64,000 nucleotides of DNA, from contig MU626304.1 in the NCBI GenBank assembly GCA_025603075.1, positions 58,518 through 122,517 of the forward strand, given 5' to 3'. Origin of the DNA: Neoconidiobolus thromboides FSU 785. Its lineage: Eukaryota; Fungi; Entomophthoromycota. The position numbers were made by a program, and so were the translations under genes. The notes beneath the pieces are model-generated. The model searched no databases, was not told where the DNA came from, and saw only the letters and a program-made list of their open reading frames with translations. This document shows, piece by piece, positions 52,663 through 64,000 of this stretch (the stretch's first letter is position 1; each line of letters begins with the position of its first letter).

Positions 52663-54848
52663 ATGAGCTCTGCAGACCCTATTAAAATTAAACGCAAATT
52701 CCCTACATTATCTTTAGGCGAAATACAAACTTTGATTGATGACTTCAGGTAAGTTTTTTTTTAATGTTTTATGTTCAACATTAATTGTTTTCAGTCAAAT
52801 CGATTTAAATGGAGATGGATCCATTGATCAAAGTGAGCTTATGAAAAGTTGCACTAACCTTGGAACTTATGATCAAGTGAGATCAACTTTAAAAGAAGTT
52901 GATATAAATGCCAATGGTACTATCGAAGTAGAAGAATACATTGAGGTAAACTAATATCAAGTACTATTTGAATAATAATTAATTGTATTTAGATTATTCA
53001 AAAACTTAAGTCTGGTAAAGCAAAAGGAGTTGAAAGCTCAATGAATGCTTTTGGTAAAAAAGTAGTTACTGTACGTGGTGCAAACCAATCAGATACCGCT
53101 CATACTTTAAATGAAGATGAAAAAGTAGAATTTACTATTCATATTAATGATGCCCTTGAACATGATGAAGACCTCAAAAATAAGATTCCTATTGATCCTG
53201 ATACCATGCAGTTATTTGATGAATGTCGTGATGGTTTGATTTTATCAAAACTGATTAATCATGCTTCGCCTGATACTATCGATGAGCGTGTATTAAATAA
53301 AGGAAAAATAAATAATTTCCAAATGACCGAGAATAATAATTTAGTCATCAACTCAGCAAAAGCAATTGGGTGTTCAGTAGTTAATATTGGTAGTGGGGAT
53401 TTAATTGAAGGAAGAGAGCATCTTATCTTAGGATTAGTATGGCAAATCATTAAGATTGGGTTATTATCCAAAATCGATATCAAGTATCATCCTGAATTAT
53501 ATCGTTTACTTGAAGAAGATGAAAATTTAAATGATTTTCTTAAATTACCAGCCGAACAAATTTTATTACGTTGGTTTAATTATCATTTAAAGAATGCTAA
53601 ATGGGAAAGAAGAGTTAGCAATTTTTCAAAAGATGTTAAGGATGGCGAAAATTACACAGTTTTATTAAATCAAATTGCCCCTGATCTTTGCTCACGCGAT
53701 CCTCTTAAAGATAGTAATTTAACTTCAAGAGCAGAAAAAGTAATATTTAATTTTTAATAATAGTTTTTAATAATAATTGTTATTAGGTATTAGAAAATGC
53801 TGATAAAATTGGATGCCGTAAATATCTTACAGTTAAAACATTATTGAATGGAAATCCAAAATTGAATCTTGCTTTCGTTGCTCATTTATTTAATAATCAT
53901 CCTTCTCTTGAACCATTAACCGAAGAAGAACAAGTCGAAGCTGTACAGATGGAAGAAGAAGAAGAAATTGATCCAAATTCACTACGTGAAGCAAGAGCAT
54001 TCACCTTATGGCTTAACAGTCTTAATGTCGAGCCTTATGTTTATAATTTATTTGAAGATTGTAAAGATGGACGAGTATTACTTCAAGCTATTGAACATAT
54101 TAAACCAGACTTAATTAATTGGAAGTTAGTTAATAAGCCAAGAGAAGGATCTGATGTTCCATTATCTAGATTTAAACAAGTCGAAAATACCAACAATCTT
54201 ATTCATATAGGAAAAGAATTAAATTTCTCATTAGTAGGTATTCAAGGAGCAGATATTACTGATGGATCTGTTACTTTAACATTAGGTAATTATAATATAT
54301 ACTTTTTTATATGAATAGTATTTATAAAGCATAAATATTTTAGGTTTAGTATGGCAAATTATGAGAGCAAATGTAGTAAAAACACTCAAATCACTTTCTA
54401 AGAATGGACGTGATTTAACTGACTCAGATATTATTGCATGGGCTAATAAAAAAGTGTCAAGTAGTAATAAGAACTCAAAGATTGCTTCTTTCAGGGATAC
54501 ATCTCTTGGAAATGCTCATTTCCTTTTGGATTTATTAGATAGTTTAAGACCTGGCATTGTTGATTATTCTTTAGTTACTCCTGGAAGAACAGGTAATATA
54601 ATATAAGCGATAGTATTAACAACAGTAATATTAACTATAACTAATAGAGGATGATGCTAAGCTTAATGCAAAGTATGCCATTTCAATTGCACGTAAAATG
54701 AATGCAACTATCTTTTTATTGCCAGAAGATATCGTAGAGATCAAACCTAAGATGGTAGAGAATTTTTATATTTATATAATCAATAACTAAATTTAACTTT
54801 TAGATCATGATTTTTATTGGTTCTCTTATGGCACTTGCTCAAGGATAA
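52663..54848 (+). CDS. SAC6: Fimbrin (EF-hands plus 4 CH domains), multi-exon
   Basis: [10 protein letters not shown] and [12 protein letters not shown]-hands; [26 protein letters not shown]; [14 protein letters not shown]; [25 protein letters not shown]. Confidence 0.97.
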
Positions 54849-55046
54849 TTTTCAAACCTATGGTTACAACTAAGCTAATTAAAAAAGTTGTCTAAAATTA
54901 TATATACTTTATAATTTTTTATTTAATTTAATAACTAAGGCTAATTAAAAATGATAATAAAAATTTCAAAACTAAACTTACAATATAATAATTTTAATCG
55001 GTAATAATAAAACACTGATAAACAAAAATTTATTTAATATTAATAG

Positions 55047-55861
55047 TTACTTTAAATTCGGCATTGGGCCTATTATTTCATCATTGTTTTTGTAACTACA
55101 ATTTAAATCGTCAAAGTCCATTTTAGCATTATAGTCCTCCTTGAAATATTTATCCATTCGATTCAAACCTACTTTACCTCGTCCTTTGAACTTTATTTCT
55201 TTCTCTTGTTCTTTTTTATTTCCTTCAAATCTATCTCTTTTTCTATTACTATCAAATTCATCTTCTCTTCTACTTTGCTTCTTTTTACTTTTATCCTTTT
55301 CTCTTTCAGATTCTTTTGTTTCATCCTTTTTCCTTTTGTTTTCTTTCTTATCGTTATTGTTTTTTGAATCAAGTAGCCTATTGATTGTCAATAAATGATG
55401 ACTTGCTTTTGATTTATGATCTGTAAATTATTATTACTATTAAAATAACTAAAATTTAAAGTTGAAATACCCTTAATATTCATCTCTTTACTTATTTTCT
55501 CTTGCTTCAACAAGTGTCGATTATGACTGTTTGTGTGTTTTATTATATTGCTCAGGAACTGCTTATCTGGTTTAGTTGTTCTTTCAAAGCTATAATAACA
55601 ACAAATAAATAAATACCTTTTATAACATAATTATGCCTACCTTTGTAATGGATTTAAATATGCTGTTGTACCATATTTTTCGAATAACTTTTCTTTCTTC
55701 TTAGCTTCTTGTAGTAACATGTTACTAATGTAACTGTTTAGTTCTGCTGGATCTTCAATATCTATATCAGATGCAGATGCGCCCAACGCAGCCTTTGTTA
55801 ATTTATTGACTACAGTATTTAGTTGATTGTCTTGTTTTTTAGCTTTATTTTGATTATTCAT
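55047..55861 (-). CDS. Conserved-looking fungal hypothetical protein (charged, nuclear-type), 3 exons
   Basis: SYISNMLLQEAKKKEKLFEKYGTTAY, KPDKQFLSNIIKHTNSHN and FKGRGKVGLNRMDKYFKEDY joined by canonical introns. Confidence 0.65.
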
Positions 55862-55949
55862 TGTTTTTAAAAAATAGAAAAAAAATCAATTTTTCTACTC
55901 AATTTTATTTATAGTAAAATATAAACCACAACCCTTCCTTTTATTTAAA

Positions 55950-57416
55950 ATGAAATTTAATAACAATAGGGATGATATACACTATTTAACTCTAATTCAA
56001 AATAAAATGAAGAGTATCAATTTATTAGTTTCTCACTTACCCCAAAATGAATTTAAGCTATTAGGTAATGCGATATGTTAACAAATACAATTACAAGGGT
56101 ATAATATAATTTATAGAAATAATCAAACAAAAAAAAGGAACAGACAATAATAAAGAGGTAAAAGATGTCAGAATTGGTAAGCAATAATGTTTACTAAGAT
56201 ACAAGATTAATAATAATATAATAAGGAAATAGTCTATTGATAAATCAAAAGAGTCAATATCAAAACTTGAATTTTGAAAATGAGGTTAATTTAATTAAAC
56301 GGAAGAAAAAGGAAAATGCCATTATAAGTGATAAGCAAAATAATTTAACGATAAAGTACCGATTCAAAGCTATTGTAAGGATTTTAATTAATTATGATAT
56401 CAGCATAAAATAATTATAACAATATGTTATATTAGGATTTAAAACCACTTGAATGGGAGAGAATTAATAATAGCAATATTATAGAACGTAGTGATATAGG
56501 AAAAAATAGTAAGAATTTTTATAATATACATGTAAATATATATAACATTGCTAGATAATATTATTCGTTATCAAAATTCCAATTATTTAAGTGAACAGCC
56601 TATCGATTATGTTCATTTTAAGTGTAAGAAGTAAATTTTTTATTATTCATTTTAATGCTCTTAATTGATAAATAGAAACTATATTGATTTATTCTACAAT
56701 AATGCCGTAAATGATGATATCATAAACAATAATATACAATTAATATACAATGATATTCCTTACATATTGTTTGGGATAAACAACTCAATTATTGAATTTG
56801 ATTTAATTAAATATCAATATAAGTTTAGTAGGAGATTTCAGTTAATAATGAACAACTTAAACAAGAATTGTAGTAGTAAAAACATAGTGTATTTGACATT
56901 ATTAAATAAACAAATAATGGAACACTATTGTAATTTTGGACTATTAATAAAAGTTATAGAAAACTTGATAATCGCTTACAGCAACAATAGTAATCCAATT
57001 GGATTAAAATTTAGTAACTCATTGGACAATTACTTAAATTCAGTAAAATGTGAAGTTTATGAGATATTAAATCATTATTTTAATTCCACTAATTTTATCC
57101 CATCTTTGCTTAAATTATGGCATAGTCTTTCTTCTATTTATTCTACTTTAGTTCGTTTATTAGACATTATTTGTACTGATAATAATAGCAATGATGGCCT
57201 TATAAATAGTAACAGCAATAATAATATCATTAATTTTAATAATATTATTATTGATTTTAATAAGTTAAATAAAAACGAAACAATAATTCAGTTACTATAT
57301 AGTTATTTGTACCAACATGATGGATTTAATATAATGAAAGAATACAATTTAATAACAGCATTGTTTATTGAAACAATTACAATTTATTTCGAAGATATTT
57401 ATTTATGGATTGGAAT

Positions 57417-57448
<32 letters not shown>

Positions 57449-58401
57449 CAATCAATATAATTAATGAATTTAAGTCAAAAAAGTTATTTAATTCAATATT
57501 CAATAATATGATTTATAGTAATAATATTAATACTATTAATGATTTGTTTGAGTTGTATTACCACTATTTTAATAGTACAAATGATAATATAAATAGCCCA
57601 TCATTGTTTTTGTTTAATGAAATATCATTGATGGAGATATTTGAAATCGGATTATTAATTCGAATCATTCATTATTATTTACCAAAACACTCTTTATTTT
57701 TAAATAACAACTTAAATATAAATAATATTATTAATCCCGTCAAATTCCAAGAGTAAGCCTATTATTATTATTATTGTTCTATACTTATAATTAAACTTTG
57801 TATTAGATTAAATGTAGATTGGAATATTTATATTAAACATGTAATGAGTCAACTGATTTACTATTTAAATAATAATACCTTAAAGGAGGATTTGATTGAT
57901 GATATATTTAACAAAACATTAAATAGTAACAGCAATAAATATTTAAAGAATATTAATAATAAACAACTTGATTTAATACAAATAATATCAAAGTCACCCA
58001 AAATAAATAATAACAATTCAACAATGTTTTTATTGAATGAAATTAGTTCAAACAAAAAGTCAATTAAAGTTGATAAAATAGTTAAAGAAGGAATAATAAA
58101 CAAAATAAAGGAACAAAATCAATTGATACGGTATTCAATAGAAATATTATTTATTAAAGAATTTCAATTGAATATTATAAGTAATCAATTATTTGAGTTT
58201 TATTTTTTATTAAATTATCCAATTAATTTTATTGTCAATCAATTTATTGAAGATATTATTAAATTAAATATTAATATTATTAATTGTAATTCAAATAATC
58301 AGCATCTCATATTCAAAGTAATTAACAAGCTAAATCATACGATTAATAATGGGAGTAACAACAATAATAAGCATAATTTATTAGTTTATTTTAGTTATTT
58401 A

Positions 58402-58463
<62 letters not shown>

Positions 58464-59166
58464 ATTATTCTATAATTTAAAATTAAATAATAATTTATCA
58501 TTACCTATTACTATAGTTATTACTCAAGTAATGATAAATAAATTTAATTTAATATTTCAATTACAGCTAAAATTACAATATTTAATCAAATTATTGTGTA
58601 GTATAAAGATGAAAGATCACAATATAAATAATGATAAGAAGTACATTAGTTTGATGCTTAATTTTAATCATTTTTTATCTTCATTTCAGTATTATATTCA
58701 TTATTTAGTTATTCATACTCATTTGTTTAAATTAAATCAACTATTTAATAACATTACTGAAGACAACAATAATAATAACAATATTCATAATTTATATAAT
58801 TATTTAAATAGTCATTTAAATAAGATAAAAAATATAAAAAATAATCAATTTGGAATAGCAAGGCTGAAAATTATATATCATAAATATATTAATAATATTA
58901 TTTATTATTTGTTTTTAAATAATAATAATATAATATTTAACTTATTAAATTTATGCTTAAATGATATATTTAAGTTTTGCTTCAATATAGATTTAATGAA
59001 TAATTCTACTTTTAATGAAATTGATCAAATTTATACTAATTTCATTGAACGTAAGCAGTTGCTGTTGGAAGCTATTTATACCTACTCTGTTAATACTATA
59101 AATGATAATGATCCTGATTTACCTAACTCCCCTTTCTTTGATTATTTATTATCTCAGTTTTATTAA
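55950..59166 (+). CDS. Divergent Asn-rich gamma-tubulin complex component (Spc97/Spc98 = GCP family), multi-exon
   Basis: GRIP1-like LIYNDIPYILFGINNSIIEF; GRIP2-like LNNNLSLPITIVIT..MINKFNLIFQLQLKLQY and LNFNHFLSSFQYYIHYLVI; ends FFDYLLSQFY*. The 5' exons are inferred. Confidence 0.7.
58401..58463 (+). repeat. Coding (AAT)n microsatellite giving a poly-Asn tract of about 20 residues
   Basis: Uninterrupted aataataat run in frame within ORF 57844-59166. Confidence 0.9.
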
Positions 59167-59244
59167 AATAAAAACAAATTATAAATTTAACTATTTAATT
59201 TATAAAAAATAAAATTATAAAATCATTAAACTTAAATTGAGCAA

Positions 59245-59520
59245 TTATTCTTCTTCAGAAGGAGGGGTAGGTAAACGCCAAAGACCACCAGCGATAGGAA
59301 TCTTTGAAAGGATATCTTGACGTACAAGTGGAATTCCTTCACCAAGGAATAATAAACCAATACCTGCTACAGCACCCCAACGAGCTAATGAAGGAGCCCT
59401 AAATAAGTTAATAAGTTAAACTATTTATAATTAGATATATCTAACTCACCAACGTAAAATAATTTGAGGAGTGAAACGCTTAAATTGTACGTTTGAAGAG
59501 TATTTTGATAAAGTTGACAT
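59245..59520 (-). CDS. QCR10: Cytochrome bc1 complex subunit 10, 2 exons
   Basis: MSTLSKYSSNVQFKRFTPQIILR|WAPSLARWGAVAGIGLLFLGEGIPLVRQDILSKIPIAGGLW..PSEEE*. Confidence 0.9.
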
Positions 59521-59761
59521 AGTTATAATGATTTTATTCTAAAATAATTATAAAAAATAACACTTTTCGAGATTATCTTGGTTTATCTTCAATTAATTAT
59601 TATGGGTTATTCTTTATCCAATCATTTTTCAGTTTGTTTTTAGGATTAAAAATTCAATTTAAAAAAATCGATTAATGAAAAATATTCAAAAATACACTAT
59701 ACAAAATACAATTATAAATTAAAAAATAATATAATAGAATAGCACAAAAATAAAATTTTAT

Positions 59762-61561
59762 TTAAATTATTTTTTTATTTTTTAAATTTGAATTTAAATC
59801 AAATTTGTTTTTACGAATTTTAGTTTTAACAAACTTCATTACTTTTAAAATTGATAAAACTAAAGTTATAATAAAAAAATAAATATCTAAGTTATATGAA
59901 TAGAAAAAATTCATATCATAATCTACTGTTACTAAATGCTGCAATGGGTTTTCATTTGGTAAAGAAGTAAAAGAAAGAAACATAATTCTTTCAATTAAAT
60001 CCACAGTAGAATATTTATTGAAACTTGAAGCGTAAGTTATCTGTTTCATTTTAAATACCTTCTGTCTAAATTGATTATTTTTATCTTGGATTATATTTAC
60101 TATACTATTTATTACTATCTCTTTATTATCTAGTTCACTATGGTGTACTGCTAAGGCTACTCCGTTAGAAACAAGATTAGCTGCATTAATAAGTTGATCA
60201 CCAAAAAATGGGATGGCTAAAAAAGGGATACCAGAATATAAACCTTCAAAGGTAGATTCAATACCACAATGGGAAACAAACAAAATAGTGGAAGGATGTT
60301 CAAGTATAGCAATTTGAGGAGCATAATTTAAAATTTTAATAGAAGTCTTAATAGTCAAGATTTGATCCCAAGATAAAAGTTGATTTTTATATTGTATTTT
60401 AATTGTACTTAAATTTAACATTGTATTTCCTATTGGCCATATAACACCATCAATAATTTTACTATCTAAAAGTACTAATATTGATTCCATTATTGTTTTA
60501 ATTTGTTCTTCTTCTAATCTTACTATGGTGCCAAATGCTATATAGATTACTTTACTTTTATGTTTATAAAAGTTTAACAATTCATCATTTAATTTGGGGT
60601 ATTCATTAGGTATTATTGGTCCAATTGTTTGAACTAATGGCGACAATGGACGAGCTGACTATAGAAAATTAATTAATATATATAAAATATAATTTGTAAA
60701 TTAATATAAAAAATATAATAGAATTACATCAAAACCAAAAAATGTATCAACAAATATCATTGTATGATCCAATTTTTGCCATGCATTACCAAAGGAAGGT
60801 GGCACACCTAACTCTTTTCTTATTTTGTTTAATTGAAATCCTATTGTTAAATGAAGTATCTTTTTCGCTAATGGTGTATATAATGTTGACATTAATTTAT
60901 CTTTAAAACTTAAATCTCTGGTAGTTGGTGGTAACATTTCAAATCTATTTGTAATATAACTTGCAGATGTTTGATCTATAAAAAATATTCATATATTATA
61001 TAGCAAGGAAATGAAAATATTACCTATAAAGCCCAAAGAAGGAAAGGAGCCCGCATAAGTAATGTTCATTTTGCTTGCAATGTCGAAACAGGCAACCAGC
61101 AAGAAATCACAAATAACTAAATCTGGTTTTTCCTCTTCGAATTGTTTTTTCAGTCCATTATAAACCATTTTATATGATAGTTCCAAACCAGCATAACTAA
61201 ATAAAGATAATGTAGAATATGCTAAAGTTTGCTTTGTTAAGGCTTTTATTACTCTTGAGTGTAACTCATCGGATACTGGGTTTGGACCTAGGTTTATTTT
61301 AGTGAAGTTATAGCTATCTGCCCAGCCTATTTGATCAGTGGATGAAGCATAACTTACTTTATGGCCCCTTCTTTTCAACTCTTTTCCTATTTCTAAATGT
61401 AAACGTATATGTGATTTCCCCCCCATCATTGAACATAATAATAATTTTTTTGGTTTATTGAATAATTCATTATTGTCTATATTAAAATTGATATTAGATG
61501 ATATAAAGTTAGTACATAATAATAACAATAATATGTATTTAATATTAATCAGTAAATTCAT
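59762..61561 (-). CDS. UDP-glycosyltransferase (GT1) with signal peptide and C-terminal TM, 3 exons
   Basis: Signal peptide; GGKSH; CDF; UGT signature YAPQIAILEHPSTILFVSHCGIESTFEGLYSGIPFLAIPFFGDQLINA; C-terminal NLDIYFFIITLVLSIL and KKII end. Confidence 0.92.
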
Positions 61562-62188
61562 TCCTTATTAGCAATGATATTCTAAATTTAAAAGAAGTCA
61601 AGTTTATTTTACTGTTATTTTTGTGTCTTCAAATTTCTCCATTTTTTGTTTAATGCATACTTTTTTATTCTTCAGGTTCAACTATAATTTGGAACCCTTT
61701 ATTTTTAAGGATTTAATATTATTTGTTCTTTTTTAAGAACTATACTTATTAGCCTGAGAAAAACTAATGGTGTTAAAGTTGTTGAGTTTTGAATAATTTT
61801 TATATTGATTTTATACGATTACTTGATAATGATTGGCTATAACAGTTTAAACTTTGAAGTGTATAGAGGAGATAAAATAATTTAAAAAAAGTTTGATTTT
61901 TAGACAAGCCTTTAAAATAAGCCCAACCAACTCACTTGTTGACAAAGTTTATCCGAATTTTTATTAAATTTGTTGTAGTTTAAATATATGATATAGTAAA
62001 ACTAAATAAACTATATTAAATATATGAAGTTTTAGACTAAATAATACTTTAGTTAATTGATTAGACTTAAAAAGATTTTAAGTACTTGCATTATTTTGAT
62101 TTGAATTTAACTTTGGTTAATTTAGTAACACAGTGCTTTAGACTTATTATAGCTGTTAAATATTTAGATAAACAATATTTTTAATTTA

Positions 62189-62660
62189 TGTAAAATATCG
62201 GTTTATCAGCTCTATAATTGATTATAACATAACAATCACTTAAATCGTTATGTTCTTGAGTTCAGCCAAAATCAACCCCAAGTTCTTATTTTAATTTGCT
62301 ATAAGAATTTATGTCATATGATTCCAAAGGACACCATTTGCCTGTTTTGATATCCATACTTTTTGGAATATAAAAGATACTTTAGAATATAATAACTTGA
62401 TACCTTTTAACTAAATTATTCCCTAATATTGTACTTTTGATAAAGCCATTAAATCCTTGTGATAGTGTTTTACATAGATTTACAGTAGTATTGTCTACCA
62501 TAGTTATTTTACATAGTTCATAGTCTATTATGTAGTATTCTTCATAATTCAAGTCTATCTTAGTTATATAAACTAAGACCTCTGGACTTACGACTAATCA
62601 ATCAAACAATAATTGCTTTTGACTCCACTACTAAATACTAGATTTCACACTTATAATGTT
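62189..62660 (-). repeat. Degenerate dispersed repeat family B, copy 2
   Basis: 62189-62575 aligns colinearly with 63617-64000; 62340-62660 aligns (reverse complement) with 12640-12930. Confidence 0.8.
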
Positions 62661-62922
62661 TAATAAAAGTATTTAAAATTTAAAATTTTTCCTATAAATC
62701 TAGTATCTTATTTGTTTTCAGAAATCAACATTAAGAAATTTATTAAATAATATTAAATAAATTTATCTTAATAATATGAAATATTATTTTATTAGGTTAA
62801 TAGTTAATAGTGTTTTTCATTATAATATTTTTTTTTTGAATTTGTTATATTTAGTTCCAACAAACTTATTTTATTCTTTAATTATATTAATTTTTATTAG
62901 TTTTTTATAATTTACTTGATTA

Positions 62923-63020
62923 TTACATACTATATTTTTTTTAAGAATTTTGTTAGTAATTTTTCTGCTCAAATAGCATCTAAGAAACAGAGAAAGTGAT
63001 AAAATAAAAAAAACACCCCC
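62923..63020 (-). mobile_element. MITE-like element family A, copy 7 (reverse, one end decayed)
   Basis: TTAAGAATTTTGTTAGTAATTTTTCTGCTCAAATAGC...AAAAAAACACCCCC followed by ATTT. Confidence 0.7.
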
Positions 63021-63230
63021 ATTTTACTAGTTTTATAATTAATTTAATTATTATTAACATAATAAGTTTTATTGTCCTCAACTGGTTTTGTTACTAAAAG
63101 TTATATCTTTAAGTTTAAATATAATTAATTTAAAGCTTTTTATTTAAATTTGTTTTAAAAAATTTTACTACTTAATTGCAAAAAATATTATTCTTTTACT
63201 TTAATATTCATATTGTGAAATCTAGTATTT

Positions 63231-63329
63231 GGGAGTGTTTTTTGACTTCATTATTTTTTCCATTTTTTAAGCGCTATTTAAGTGGAAAATTTGTTAGTAA
63301 AATTCTTAAATACAGAAATACATCTCCCC
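63231..63329 (+). mobile_element. MITE-like element family A, copy 8
   Basis: GGGAGTGTTTTTTGACTTCATT...AAATACATCTCCCC. Left flank is ATTT; right TSD not matched. Confidence 0.8.
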
Positions 63330-63533
63330 TTATATAGTTTAATCCGAGGCTGAGTATATTTTTTTGCTCACAAATATTTAAAAGTTTAGCTTTTAAAACT
63401 TAAGATTTTATAAAAAAATATCATTTATAGTAAATATAAATAAAATTTTTAAAATGTTTTTAATAATAGTAATTTTAAATTTTTTTTTATAGATATTATA
63501 ATTTAACACTATTATATTAAGGTAAAATAATAT

Positions 63534-63616
63534 GGTGATGTATTTTTTTGTTTAAGAATTTACTAGCAAATTTTTCCACCTAAATAGTGCTTAGAAAGTA
63601 GAAAAAGTAATGAAAC
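63534..63616 (-). mobile_element. MITE-like element family A, copy 9 (reverse, truncated, abutting repeat B)
   Basis: ATAT|GGTGATGTATTTTTTTGTTTAAGAATTTACTAGC...AAAAAGTAATGAAAC, then runs directly into repeat B sequence. Confidence 0.75.
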
Positions 63617-64000
63617 TGTGAAATATCGCTTTGTCAGTCCCATGGTTAATTATAGCATAACAATCGCCTAAGCTGTTGTGTTCTCGAGTTCAGAGAAAAT
63701 CAATCCCAGGTTCTTAGTTTGATTTAATATGAGAATTTCTATCTTCGTCTCAAAGAATATTCTCCCGTCGTTTCGATATTTATACTTATCGGAGTATAAA
63801 AGAGATTCTAAAACATAATAGCTCGAGGGTTTTTAACTGAATTATTCACTGATATCTCGAACATTTAATAAAGTCACTAAGTTTTCTTAATAGTATTTTA
63901 CATAGATTTTACATTAGTATTGTCTATTCTATTTGTCTTATATAGTCTGTAGCCTATTCGTGCTGTTATTCATAATCCAAGTCTATCTTAGCCACATAAA
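63617..64000 (-). repeat. Degenerate dispersed repeat family B, copy 3 (runs off window end)
   Basis: Colinear with 62189-62575, e.g. GTTCTCGAGTTCAGAGAAAATCAATCCCAGGTTCTT vs GTTCTTGAGTTCAGCCAAAATCAACCCCAAGTTCTT. Confidence 0.8.

Overview
Very AT-rich, gene-dense eukaryotic DNA with many short (about 45-90 nt) GT-AG introns. Gene content and style fit an early-diverging fungus; an entomophthoralean such as Conidiobolus is plausible but this is inference, not verified. I spliced about 33 protein-coding genes by eye. Most are housekeeping: SPT2, SMN, a Nudix hydrolase, RPC11, eIF3k, an SMG9-like GTPase, ASK1, SDO1/SBDS, HPM1, MIX23, TRS31, DHR1, RPS21, RPL31, an AN1 zinc-finger protein, PRI2, ERF2, an EngB-type GTPase, an EH-domain protein, fimbrin, a gamma-tubulin complex protein and QCR10. 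Accessory-type genes are an F-box/LRR protein, a DUF202 tandem pair, a pseudo-lipase and an animal-type membrane UGT. The clearest unannotated structure is a family of about 97-99 bp MITE-like elements (9 copies) with GGGG..CCCC terminal inverted repeats and 4-bp AWWT target-site duplications. A second, decayed and apparently once protein-coding dispersed repeat is also present. Other items worth a second look: an SMG9-like NMD GTPase, a FYVE-less LST2/ZFYVE28-like protein, a lipase-fold protein lacking catalytic residues, tandem S(I/A)FGG repeats in Ask1, and a candidate small structured RNA at about 8.95-9.02 kb. No rRNA, intact tRNA or CRISPR array was found. Exon boundaries are manual and some start codons are uncertain.
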